Assembly (NCBI GenBank): GCA_964346725.1
Contig: CAYFVM010000002.1
Coordinates: forward strand, 1,582 to 65,581
DNA: 64,000 nt
Source of the DNA: an uncultured Bacteroidales bacterium
Lineage (GTDB): Bacteria > Bacteroidota > Bacteroidia > Bacteroidales > UBA1715
Reading direction: 5' to 3'
Positions 42,483 to 50,235 of this stretch are shown here, piece by piece (the stretch's first letter is position 1; each line of letters begins with the position of its first letter). The notes below the pieces were generated by a model, which worked only from the letters and a program-made list of their open reading frames with translations, was not told the DNA's origin and did not search any database. The translations under genes were made by a program, and so were the position numbers.

Positions 42483-43517
42483 TTATTTTTGATTCGCTTC
42501 GTATTTGTCCATTGCTTCCGCCATTAATTCACGACCTTTTTGGGAAATTTCTTTAGCTCGTGAATAGTCCAATAGTGTGGAGTAGGAATCGAAATTCATT
42601 TTTGCCAAAACATCCGGCTTGGCAATTTCTGTCTGCAATCTTGCAATAGTGTGGTTCATAAGGCTATACGAGCGAGTTAGGATAGAGTAGTAGTTGTCGT
42701 CAATAATGTCGGCAGACACTGCAGCTCCTTTATCGCACTTAACCAGCGATTTCCGTTTCGAACTCGTTTCTCGTTTTAACTTAATCAGTTCCTCACTATG
42801 GCTCCCTATGATTTTTACTTTTTCTATAACCGAAAGTGTCTTGTCTCGTGCTACAGTGCTGATAGCTTCAAGCGATGACTGTTCTTTGCAGTTTACATAA
42901 GCTTCGAATTTTTTCAGTTTCGACAAAAAACTCTTAATGGCTTCACTGTCAATACTGTTTATGTCAAATCCAACCAACAAATCGTGGCCGTTGCGTGGTA
43001 CAATATCGTAGGGCATGGTATTAACCACGCCACCATCAATCAACGTGTGAATACCATTTTTTTGCGGACGAAAGAGTGAAGGAATAGAGATTGATGAACG
43101 AATAGCATCGTAGAGATTGCCTTTGCGAAACACAACTGCTTCGCCTGAATACAGGTCTGTCGCTACAGCTGCGTATGGAATATTTAATTTTTCAATATCA
43201 ACATCGGGAACAATCTCTTTGATAGTATTGATGATTTTGTCGCCACGAACTAAATAGCTTTTGCTTAGGGTAAAGTCTATAAGGCTCATTACTTTGCGTT
43301 CGTCTAATTGGAACAACCATTCTTTGAACAAAGGCAGTCCTCCGGCGGCGTAGATGCCTCCAACCAAAGAACCGATGGAACATCCTGCAATAGAAGTGAT
43401 GTTGTATCCACGTGCCAGCAATTCCTCTATAGCTCCAATGTATGCAAACCCTCGAGGTCCGCCACTTGACAGAACTAAAGCTACATCTTTTGTCCTTGTT
43501 TTTTTTTTCACTAGCAT
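42483..43517 (-). CDS. Patatin-like phospholipase
   Basis: 344 aa. It has the oxyanion SSGGPRGFAYIG, the nucleophile elbow GCSIGS (GxSxG), and the catalytic DGG (LIDGGV). Confidence 0.9.
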   Translation of the reverse strand: MLVKKKTRTKDVALVLSSGGPRGFAYIGAIEELLARGYNITSIAGCSIGSLVGGIYAAGGLPLFKEWLFQLDERKVMSLIDFTLSKSYLVRGDKIINTIKEIVPDVDIEKLNIPYAAVATDLYSGEAVVFRKGNLYDAIRSSISIPSLFRPQKNGIHTLIDGGVVNTMPYDIVPRNGHDLLVGFDINSIDSEAIKSFLSKLKKFEAYVNCKEQSSLEAISTVARDKTLSVIEKVKIIGSHSEELIKLKRETSSKRKSLVKCDKGAAVSADIIDDNYYSILTRSYSLMNHTIARLQTEIAKPDVLAKMNFDSYSTLLDYSRAKEISQKGRELMAEAMDKYEANQK

Positions 43518-43575
43518 TCGTTTAGAATGAACGTTTAAAGTTCGGAAAAATTATCAAGATTGCAAAGTCGTAGTT

Positions 43576-43601
43576 CATATTCTATAATGATATAGAATAT
43601 G
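43576..43601. repeat. Perfect 11-bp inverted repeat with 4-nt spacer in a divergent promoter region
   Basis: CATATTCTATA-ATGA-TATAGAATATG lies between the divergently oriented patatin gene and the 43694 lipoprotein gene. Confidence 0.8.
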
Positions 43602-43693
43602 CAAAAAAGATAAGAATTAAACCTCTCGTACGTGCGAAAGTTGTACCTTTGAATTTGTAAATAACCAATGCATGCAACAGCAGAGTTATCTAA

Positions 43694-44329
43694 ATGAAAA
43701 CCGATAAAACTATGAAAAGAATAATCCAAACATTGATGTTGTTTTTACTACTATCATCGTGTTGCAGAGAAGATTCAATAGAAGTAGCTCGATACGAGCT
43801 GGGAGCTCAGGAATTGGCATTATTGCCTTATTCAAATGGCCAAAAAGTTAGCTTTGTTCATTCAAATGGCTATGCTTTTGATTTTAATGTGATTGAGGAT
43901 AGAATTGAATGGGAACAACACCATGCTTTTTGTGAATGGAATTGTTGTGGGAATGAGTATTATTCATATCAAATGAAAACGACAATTCTAGAATCTACAT
44001 ATCCAAAGTTTCATATAGAATTTTCATTGGGCGGCGCAAGATTTCGTGAATACATACCCCAAACCCTAAATATCGAAATCAATAACAGACATTTTATTCA
44101 GTTTCCGTATGATACTTTGTCCAATTTTATTTGTGATTCAATAACCCAAACAATTTATTATGACTCTATTTCTCTAAATAATCAAATGTATTATAAGGTT
44201 TTTATGAGAAAATTCGAAAGCAATGTAAGCGATTCATCTCTATTAGAACCGATGTCTGTTTATTTCAATAATTTAGGATTGATTCAACTTGAAATGTCAA
44301 ATCATGAAACATATACAATTAACAAATAA
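43694..44329 (+). CDS. Hypothetical lipoprotein (paralogue 1)
   Basis: The lipoprotein signal is MKRIIQTLMLFLLLSSC, so the real start may be the second ATG at 43712. It shares blocks with the next gene. Confidence 0.6.
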   Translation: MKTDKTMKRIIQTLMLFLLLSSCCREDSIEVARYELGAQELALLPYSNGQKVSFVHSNGYAFDFNVIEDRIEWEQHHAFCEWNCCGNEYYSYQMKTTILESTYPKFHIEFSLGGARFREYIPQTLNIEINNRHFIQFPYDTLSNFICDSITQTIYYDSISLNNQMYYKVFMRKFESNVSDSSLLEPMSVYFNNLGLIQLEMSNHETYTINK

Positions 44330-44906
44330 GCTGATTCTTATTTCTGCTCTTTCACTACTATTAAATAGTTGCGGAGACATTAAAGGTGTTTTCAATATCA
44401 GTAGCGACGCAAGAAAATACCAGATAGACACCACCATTACAACCCTAAAGTTTGTTGACAATTATGGCATATCAGAAGAATTCTTTATGGATCAAGATGT
44501 CTGGTATAAAACACATCATTACTATAGCGAATGGGGAAGTGATGGCGATGCATGGGGTGAAAGCTATGGGGCTGCATATAGTTCAACAGTAAACGGATTC
44601 TTTTTCATGTTTGGGTTAAGAGCAACTGTTGAAAATACAGAACTTGAAATAGAATGGAACCAAAAAGATAGGCTTGTGTATAATTTCCGCACTAAGACGG
44701 TTGAATATGGTGTTGATGCAAAGATTAATTTCTACGACACTTTAACAGTCAGAGGAATACAATATAAAGACATAATTGAAGTTGATTACACAGAAAAAAT
44801 AAACGAAATAGACAAGGATACACCGGTAAAAACATACATTTCTGGCAATAAAGGGTTAATTAGATTTGAAAGAAAAGACAACGTAATATTAGAACGAATA
44901 GAATAA
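44304..44906 (+). CDS. Hypothetical lipoprotein (paralogue 2)
   Basis: MKHIQLTNKLILISALSLLLNSC has a lipobox. It shares HHxxxEW and C-terminal GLIxxE blocks with the upstream gene. The ATG at 44304 lies within the TTG-initiated ORF that starts at 44289. Confidence 0.6.
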   Translation: MKHIQLTNKLILISALSLLLNSCGDIKGVFNISSDARKYQIDTTITTLKFVDNYGISEEFFMDQDVWYKTHHYYSEWGSDGDAWGESYGAAYSSTVNGFFFMFGLRATVENTELEIEWNQKDRLVYNFRTKTVEYGVDAKINFYDTLTVRGIQYKDIIEVDYTEKINEIDKDTPVKTYISGNKGLIRFERKDNVILERIE

Positions 44907-44950
44907 GCACATACGTAAAATTTAGAAACCATTATAAAAACGATACAAGC

Positions 44951-45556
44951 ATGAAAAACAAAATTTTAGGATTTTTTTTAGTTTCAATTTCATTATCTGC
45001 ATTCGGACAAAGCAGTGATAAATTACCAAGATTTTTTGCTGACCCCATTATTGCAGATAGTTCATCTACTATGATGATTCCCACCAGTTATAATACCGAT
45101 TTGTTGACTTCAAGTAAAATAGCCCTATCGAATAATTATTACGCAAACATTATTTTCTACGATTTTAAGGCAGATACATCCAAGAAACTATTCAAGGATG
45201 ATACATTTATTCAAGCATTCCCTAATCATTACAACCGATACTACTACAATGAAAGAACTACCAAACATGAAAATATAAGCAGTAAGTGGATTTTTTATTT
45301 TGTAAAACCAAACGATTACGATAAAAGTGGCAAAGTTGATGATGATGACCCATCTATTCTCTATGTTTCTGACAAATATGGAAATGGATTACAGGCAATC
45401 ACACCGGCTAACGAAAACGCGGTTTCTATTGACATTTTTGATACGCAGGGTTTTGTACTAATAAAAATGCAACGTGATTTAGACAATGACAAAAATTTCA
45501 AATACAACGATAAAGATTTCTATTACATTCGACTTGATTTAAATACATTGGCATAG
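44951..45556 (+). CDS. Hypothetical secreted protein
   Basis: 201 aa. It has the signal peptide MKNKILGFFLVSISLSAFG/Q and two acidic DxDxxG/DxDxD loops (DYDKSGKVDDDD, DLDNDKNFKYND). I recognised no family. Confidence 0.55.
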   Translation: MKNKILGFFLVSISLSAFGQSSDKLPRFFADPIIADSSSTMMIPTSYNTDLLTSSKIALSNNYYANIIFYDFKADTSKKLFKDDTFIQAFPNHYNRYYYNERTTKHENISSKWIFYFVKPNDYDKSGKVDDDDPSILYVSDKYGNGLQAITPANENAVSIDIFDTQGFVLIKMQRDLDNDKNFKYNDKDFYYIRLDLNTLA

Positions 45557-45776
45557 GGGAATAAAATAGAGATTCAAAATTAATGTCCTCAAAGAAATCG
45601 AAAGAAATGAAAAAGCGTATTATTCTAGTATTATAAAAGATGGAAAACATTGGTGGTTCCCATGCTAAACAGCAAGCGCCGGAATTCCCCCAATAAATAC
45701 ACGAAAATTCCCCTCTCATTTCTCCCAAAATTGTATATTTGAAAAACGCATTACTAACGAATTAAAACTTCAACCT

Positions 45777-46526
45777 ATGGACTGTAAATCAGAATCAAAA
45801 CAAATTATTCTTGCCCTTTCAATAGTAATAGGGCTTTCGCTGTTAGGCTTTTTCATTTTCAAAGGACTTAAAACATTTAGCGACAAAGACCGAATAGTTA
45901 CCGTAAAAGGATTAGCTGAAATGAATATGACCGCAACGTCGGCCACGGTTACCTTACATTTTTCATTTTCGGGCGACACCTTGCAAGACATCATTGCCAA
46001 AACTGAAAGCAAGAAAAATGCAATCGTTACCTATATGACCAACAATGGCTACGACGCCAAAGACATTACCATAAAACAGATTGGCGTAAACGACCGACAA
46101 AAATATTACGAACCCCAATGGGTAGACGACAAACAAGTGCAGGTAAAAATAGATAGATATACCATTTCACAAAGTATCACCTTTGAGTCAAAAGACGTGA
46201 AAAGCATAGAGGACAAAGTTGCTCAATTGGAGTTGGAATTGGTGAGCAACGATTTAACCTGCACTATCAGTACCGACTATTCTTTCCCGGAACTAAATTC
46301 CATTAAACCTCAGTTGATAGCTGAAAGTACAAAAAATGCACGTGTTGCAGGAGAACAGTTTGCCAATGATTCGCAAGCAAAATTGGGCAAAATCAAGACC
46401 GCTTCACAAGGACAGATTACAATTGCAGGACGCTATTATTACGAAGAAGAATCAAGCGAGGCACCCAACGAACCCTATCTTCAAAAAGCAAGAGTTGTGA
46501 GTACCATTGTGTTTTTCTTGGAATAA
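45777..46526 (+). CDS. SIMPL (DUF541)-like protein
   Basis: 249 aa. An N-terminal TM anchor is followed by RIVTVKGLAEMNMTATSATVTL and a C-terminal AESTKNARVAGEQFANDSQAKLGKIKTASQG, resembling the SIMPL/YggE family. Confidence 0.6.
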   Translation: MDCKSESKQIILALSIVIGLSLLGFFIFKGLKTFSDKDRIVTVKGLAEMNMTATSATVTLHFSFSGDTLQDIIAKTESKKNAIVTYMTNNGYDAKDITIKQIGVNDRQKYYEPQWVDDKQVQVKIDRYTISQSITFESKDVKSIEDKVAQLELELVSNDLTCTISTDYSFPELNSIKPQLIAESTKNARVAGEQFANDSQAKLGKIKTASQGQITIAGRYYYEEESSEAPNEPYLQKARVVSTIVFFLE

Positions 46527-46540
46527 TAAAACTCACTCAA

Positions 46541-46579
46541 CCCCCTCAAAGGTACAACCACCCGGTTGTACCTTTTTTT
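46541..46579 (+). terminator. Terminator hairpin, repeat copy A
   Basis: CCCCCTCAAA-GGTACAACC-ACCC-GGTTGTACC-TTTTTTT. The stem is 46551-46559 / 46564-72 with a T7 tail. It is near-identical to the copy at 47423-47469. Confidence 0.8.
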
Positions 46580-46696
46580 ATGAAATAAAGCCCTCATATC
46601 TACGAAAGTCGTATATTTGAGTTCGCAATACATCGTTGGCGGTAAAGCTACAAAGCTATACCATAGACGTTACCACATATAAAAAAATATAAAAAA

Positions 46697-46728
46697 TTTG
46701 TAAATAAGTAACTTATAAGTTACATTTG
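46697..46728 (+). promoter_or_regulatory. Bacteroidota-type promoter (-33 TTTG / -7 TAcaTTTG) with an embedded 16-bp palindromic operator, for the toxin-antitoxin operon
   Basis: TTTG (46697-46700) is followed by a 20-nt spacer and then TACATTTG (46721-46728), 15 nt before the ATG at 46744. The perfect palindrome GTAACTTATAAGTTAC (46708-46723) spans the spacer and the -7 box. Confidence 0.6.
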
Positions 46729-46743
46729 TAAAGATATTTCTAT

Positions 46744-47097
46744 ATGAATGAAAGAATAAGAACGGTAGTCGCATATAAAGATTATTTTAAAGAATTCTTA
46801 TTGTCACAACCAGAAAAAGTTCAAAACAAAATATTTAAAATAATTGAGATAGTAGAGTGTCAACAGCGAATCCCTGAAAAATATATAAAACAAATAGAAG
46901 GAGAAAAAGGATTATATGAAACAAGAATTTCGTTGGGTTCAAATATTTGGAGAGTCTTTTGTTTTTTTGATGAAGGTAAATTAGTAATACTTTTAAATGG
47001 ATTTCAAAAGAAAACGCAGAAGACGCCAAAAAGTGAGATTAAAAAGGCAGTGTTATTAATGGAGCAATATTTTATTGATAAAAAAGAAAAACTATGA
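46744..47097 (+). CDS. Type II toxin, RelE/ParE superfamily (HigB / phage Gp49-like)
   Basis: 117 aa. Small basic blocks IKQIEGEKGLYETRISLGSNIWRVFCFFDEGKLVILLNGFQKKTQKTP are typical of Gp49/HigB-like toxins. There is a 4-nt overlap with the HTH partner. Confidence 0.8.
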   Translation: MNERIRTVVAYKDYFKEFLLSQPEKVQNKIFKIIEIVECQQRIPEKYIKQIEGEKGLYETRISLGSNIWRVFCFFDEGKLVILLNGFQKKTQKTPKSEIKKAVLLMEQYFIDKKEKL

Positions 47098-47387
47098 AAG
47101 AGGTAAATACGTGGTCTGATATAAAGAATGAAGTGTACGGACCAAAAGGAACAGAAAGAAGAGATGAGCTTGAAAGAGATTTCAAGTCATTTCAAATTGG
47201 TATGCAAATAAGAGAAGCAAGAGAGAAAAAAAATATAACTCAAAACCAATTAGGAGAAATCATATCTAAAAAAAGAACATACATTTCTCGAATTGAAAAC
47301 GATGCAAGTAATATCACGCTAAAAACGTTGTATGATATAGTTGAAAAAGGTCTGGGCGGAAAAATTAAAATACAAATTGAGGTATAA
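47094..47387 (+). CDS. XRE-family HTH antitoxin (HigA-like)
   Basis: 97 aa. The HTH is IREAREKKNITQNQLGEIISKKRTYISRIENDASNITLKTLYDI. It has toxin-then-antitoxin gene order, as in HigBA. Confidence 0.8.
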   Translation: MKEVNTWSDIKNEVYGPKGTERRDELERDFKSFQIGMQIREAREKKNITQNQLGEIISKKRTYISRIENDASNITLKTLYDIVEKGLGGKIKIQIEV

Positions 47388-47422
47388 ATAAAATAGACCA
47401 GAGGTAACGTGAGCCGTTGTCA

Positions 47423-47433
47423 CCCCCCCCCCC
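47423..47433. repeat. C11 homopolymer tract
   Basis: Eleven consecutive C lie immediately 5' of repeat copy B. The equivalent tract in copy A is C5 (46541-46545). Confidence 0.95.
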
Positions 47434-47438
47434 TCAAA

Positions 47439-47469
47439 AGCTACAACCACCCGGTTGTAGCTTTTTTTG
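47439..47469 (+). terminator. Terminator hairpin, repeat copy B
   Basis: AGCTACAACC-ACCC-GGTTGTAGCT-TTTTTTT. The loop and tail are the same as in copy A, and one stem base pair is swapped G:C to C:G. Confidence 0.8.
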
Positions 47470-47563
47470 TCTATAATATACCGAAATGAGAATCTCGTAT
47501 CTATGGATTATGTAGATTGGATAATTCCAAATAAAACATTGTGTAACCTATTGTAAAACTGAT

Positions 47564-48277
47564 ATGAGTATGAAAACAAGCATTATTATATGCAGTTACA
47601 ATGAAGAAAAGACTATTTCTGATGTCGTTATTTCATGTTGTGTGCATAACCCCAATTCCGAAGTAATAGTTGTAGATGATGTCTCTTTAGACAATACCGA
47701 GAGGGTATTAACCGAATTATCAAAGAAATATGTTTTTACGTATGAGAAATTAAAACAGAATCAAGGGAAAAGTTGGGCAATGGTTCATGGTGTTGAAGTT
47801 TCGACAGGTGATATAATTCTTTTTTTTGATGCCGACGTTTCAAATATCAAAAAGGAACACTTTTATGTTTTATTGACTCCACTGTATGAAGATGAAGCCG
47901 ATATTGTACTAGGCCAACCATCTGATACTCTCATTAATTATCAAATAAATCCATTTAAAACATTAACGGGGCAGAGGGCCTTGTTCAAAAAAGACATACT
48001 CCCGATTTTAAGCGAAATAAAAAACATAAGATTTGGAGTTGAAACATACATTAACCTCTATTACCAAGCACTCGGGAAAAGAATTAAATATGTGCTTCTC
48101 CAAGATTTAAAGCATCCAACCAAATATCAAAAGACCACACCAATTGAGGCGACGAAAGAATTTATTAAAGAAGGGCAAGAAATAGCCATAACATTAGCTA
48201 AAAACAACCAGCTGATTTTACAAAGGATAGAACTTCAATTTAATAGAACAAATGCCATTACCATGAAAAAAAATTAA
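47564..48277 (+). CDS. Small GT2 (GT-A fold) glycosyltransferase, GpgS/GT81-like layout
   Basis: 237 aa. It has IIICSYNEEKTI, VVDDVSLDNT, GKSWAM, and the DxD motif ILFFDADVS, then LTGQRALFKKDIL...RFGVETYINL. Confidence 0.75.
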   Translation: MSMKTSIIICSYNEEKTISDVVISCCVHNPNSEVIVVDDVSLDNTERVLTELSKKYVFTYEKLKQNQGKSWAMVHGVEVSTGDIILFFDADVSNIKKEHFYVLLTPLYEDEADIVLGQPSDTLINYQINPFKTLTGQRALFKKDILPILSEIKNIRFGVETYINLYYQALGKRIKYVLLQDLKHPTKYQKTTPIEATKEFIKEGQEIAITLAKNNQLILQRIELQFNRTNAITMKKN

Positions 48278-48450
48278 TGAAATTCAAGAGGAAATAAACA
48301 AAAGCCTGCAAGATTTGAAAAACAAGATTGATGAATTTACCGGAGAATAACAACGCACCACAATGCCCGGTGTGGTACATACAGAAAAGTGTTCACAAGT
48401 ATTTATAATAGAAGGAAAAGAGAACTTGTCCCAAACCAAAAATAAAATTA

Positions 48451-48458
48451 TACCTTTG
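48451..48458 (+). promoter_or_regulatory. Candidate -7 box (TAccTTTG) for the methylase operon
   Basis: TACCTTTG lies 17 nt before the ATG at 48476. TACCTTTGTAAAG differs at a single position from the TA-operon -7 region TACATTTGTAAAG. Confidence 0.4.
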
Positions 48459-48475
48459 TAAAGGACAAAACGCAT

Positions 48476-49396
48476 ATGATAACAAAGGCAAAACCATTCA
48501 TTAAATGGGTTGGCGGTAAAACCCAACTAATTGAAAGCATTCAAAAGGTGTTGCCTGTCGATTTTGCTGAGATTAAAAATGTTACCTATGTGGAGCCGTT
48601 TGTTGGTGGGGGAGCTGTTTTATTTTGGATTTTGCAACAATATCCAAATATTACAAAAGCCGTTATTAACGACATAAACCCCGATTTAACAACCGCCTAT
48701 AAAACCATCAAAGAAAAACCATCTGAACTTTGTAAATACTTACAAGCTATTCAAGATGAATATATCCCGTTGGGCGAAGAACAGCGAAAAGCATACTATC
48801 TAAACAAGCGAGAAAAATTCAACACTAAATCACTTGAACCTATCGAAAATACCGCATTGTTTATCTTTCTAAACCGTACGTGTTTCAATGGCTTATATCG
48901 TGTAAACAGTAAAGGACTTTTTAATGTCCCCTTTGGACGATACGCGAATCCTAAAATATGCGATGAGCAAACAATTTTTGCCGACAGCGAACTACTGCAA
49001 AAAGTAGAAATACTAACAGGTGATTTTGAACATACCTTACACTATGCTACTTCCAATAGCTTCTTTTATTTCGATCCGCCGTACAAACCATTAAGCGAAA
49101 CATCAAGTTTCAATTCGTATGCAAAAGAAGATTTCAATGATGTAGAGCAAATTCGATTAGCCAATTTTTGTAAAAAAATTGATATGCTTGGGCATACATT
49201 TATTTTAAGTAACTCTGATGTGAAAGGTAAAAATCCAACCGATGAATTCTTTGATACGTTATACGAGCCGTTCAACATCAAAAGGGTGCTTGCCACACGA
49301 ATGATTAATGCAAATGCTGAAAAGCGAGGAAAACTAACCGAATTATTAATCACCAACCAATCATCAGAGCAATTAGTATATTTCAGAGCAATTTGA
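48476..49396 (+). CDS. Dam-family (D12 class) N6-adenine DNA methyltransferase, DpnM/M.MboIA-like, predicted GATC
   Basis: 306 aa. It has PFIKWVGGKTQLI, EPFVGGGAV, NRTCFNGLYRVN, and the catalytic FYFDPPY. Confidence 0.9.
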   Translation: MITKAKPFIKWVGGKTQLIESIQKVLPVDFAEIKNVTYVEPFVGGGAVLFWILQQYPNITKAVINDINPDLTTAYKTIKEKPSELCKYLQAIQDEYIPLGEEQRKAYYLNKREKFNTKSLEPIENTALFIFLNRTCFNGLYRVNSKGLFNVPFGRYANPKICDEQTIFADSELLQKVEILTGDFEHTLHYATSNSFFYFDPPYKPLSETSSFNSYAKEDFNDVEQIRLANFCKKIDMLGHTFILSNSDVKGKNPTDEFFDTLYEPFNIKRVLATRMINANAEKRGKLTELLITNQSSEQLVYFRAI

Positions 49397-50224
49397 AACC
49401 TTTCTTTCGCAATTAAGTGAAACGAATGCAACCCTTGATTACTTTACCGATTTTGGAAAGATTACTTCTAACGTAAAGAAAATCTCAATAAAACTTAATC
49501 AGCTCAACTATTTAATAGGTAAAGAAGATTTAAAATCAGCGGTTCAAGAACTATTTGAAGAAAACGCAAAAGTTTTTGAAGTGTTAGATATTTTGATTGC
49601 TGTGAGAAAAAATAAATGTGCAAAAACATTCAATAAAGAAGGTGAAATAGTTTTGCTCAACTCTTATTTCGAATCACCGGATAAGATTTATGAGTTTATA
49701 GAAGGTACAGGGCTCGGCCAAACTGTTTCGAAACAAAAACATTACAAATCAATCTTGTAGATTATGTTTTTGGCGTTGAGGTAGGATTAGATACAAATGC
49801 AAGAAAAAACAGAGGCGGCGAAAATATGTCAAAGGCTGTTTCTCTACTCTTTGATAGTGCTCAAATCTTCTACAAAAAAGAGGTGAACTGTACAGAATTT
49901 CGCGAGATTACAAGTTTGGGTGTAGATTTAAAAAGATTTGATTTTGCAATAAAAACAAACGTTAAAACCTACCTCATAGAAACCAATTTTTACAATGGTA
50001 GAGGCTCTAAACTTAATGAAGTAGCAAGAGCATATTCCGATCTTGCTCCCAAAATAAATCAATATCCAAATTTTGAATTTGTTTGGATTACTGATGGTCA
50101 AGGCTGGCTGTCTGCAAAAAATAAATTGGAAGAAGCATTCTCAATAATTCCGAGTGTATATAATCTTTCAACTCTTGAATTGTTTATTCAAAAAATAAAA
50201 AAAGAAACAATAGTATCATTCTAA
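49377..50224 (+). pseudogene. DpnII/MboI-family type II restriction endonuclease, disrupted (no canonical start; at least one frameshift near 49715-49760)
   Basis: The C-terminal ORF (49826-50224) contains RFDFAIK...YLIETNFYNGRGSKLNEVARAY...FEFVWITDGQGW. The same frame upstream reads NLVDYVFGVEVGLDTNARKNRGG. The N-terminal half (SEQFETFLSQLSETNATLDYFTDFGKI...) is in another frame and ends at the TAG at 49758. The first in-frame codons after the TAG at 49374 are TAT ATT TCA. Confidence 0.8.
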
Positions 50225-50235
50225 AATATTATATA

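Noticed and set aside
41850-43517. I considered whether the patatin plus beta-barrel OMP pair is a split type Vd (PlpD-like) autotransporter or a CBASS-type phospholipase effector.
   Set aside because: The patatin protein has no signal peptide and no POTRA region. The barrel protein is only about 190 aa when mature. No cyclase, CD-NTase or sensor gene is adjacent. It is most simply a housekeeping lipase next to a small OMP.
45498-46012. Minus-strand ORFs at 45498-45728 and 45770-46012 lie around the SIMPL gene start.
   Set aside because: One spans an intergenic promoter region, and the other is antisense to the SIMPL CDS. Neither has supporting features.
46612-46619. A second TATATTTG -7-like box lies about 125 nt upstream of the toxin gene. 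It might drive a small RNA.
   Set aside because: It has no -33 element, no downstream structure and no ORF. Matches to this AT-rich 8-mer are expected by chance.
48281-48360. A short open frame after the GT2 stop reads KKINEIQEEINKSLQDLKNKIDEFTGE*, and it looked like the C-terminal remnant of a coiled-coil protein. There is also an 80-aa minus-strand ORF at 48284-48526.
   Set aside because: The short frame has no start codon, is about 27 codons long, and gives no basis for homology. The minus-strand ORF overlaps the methylase start and promoter.
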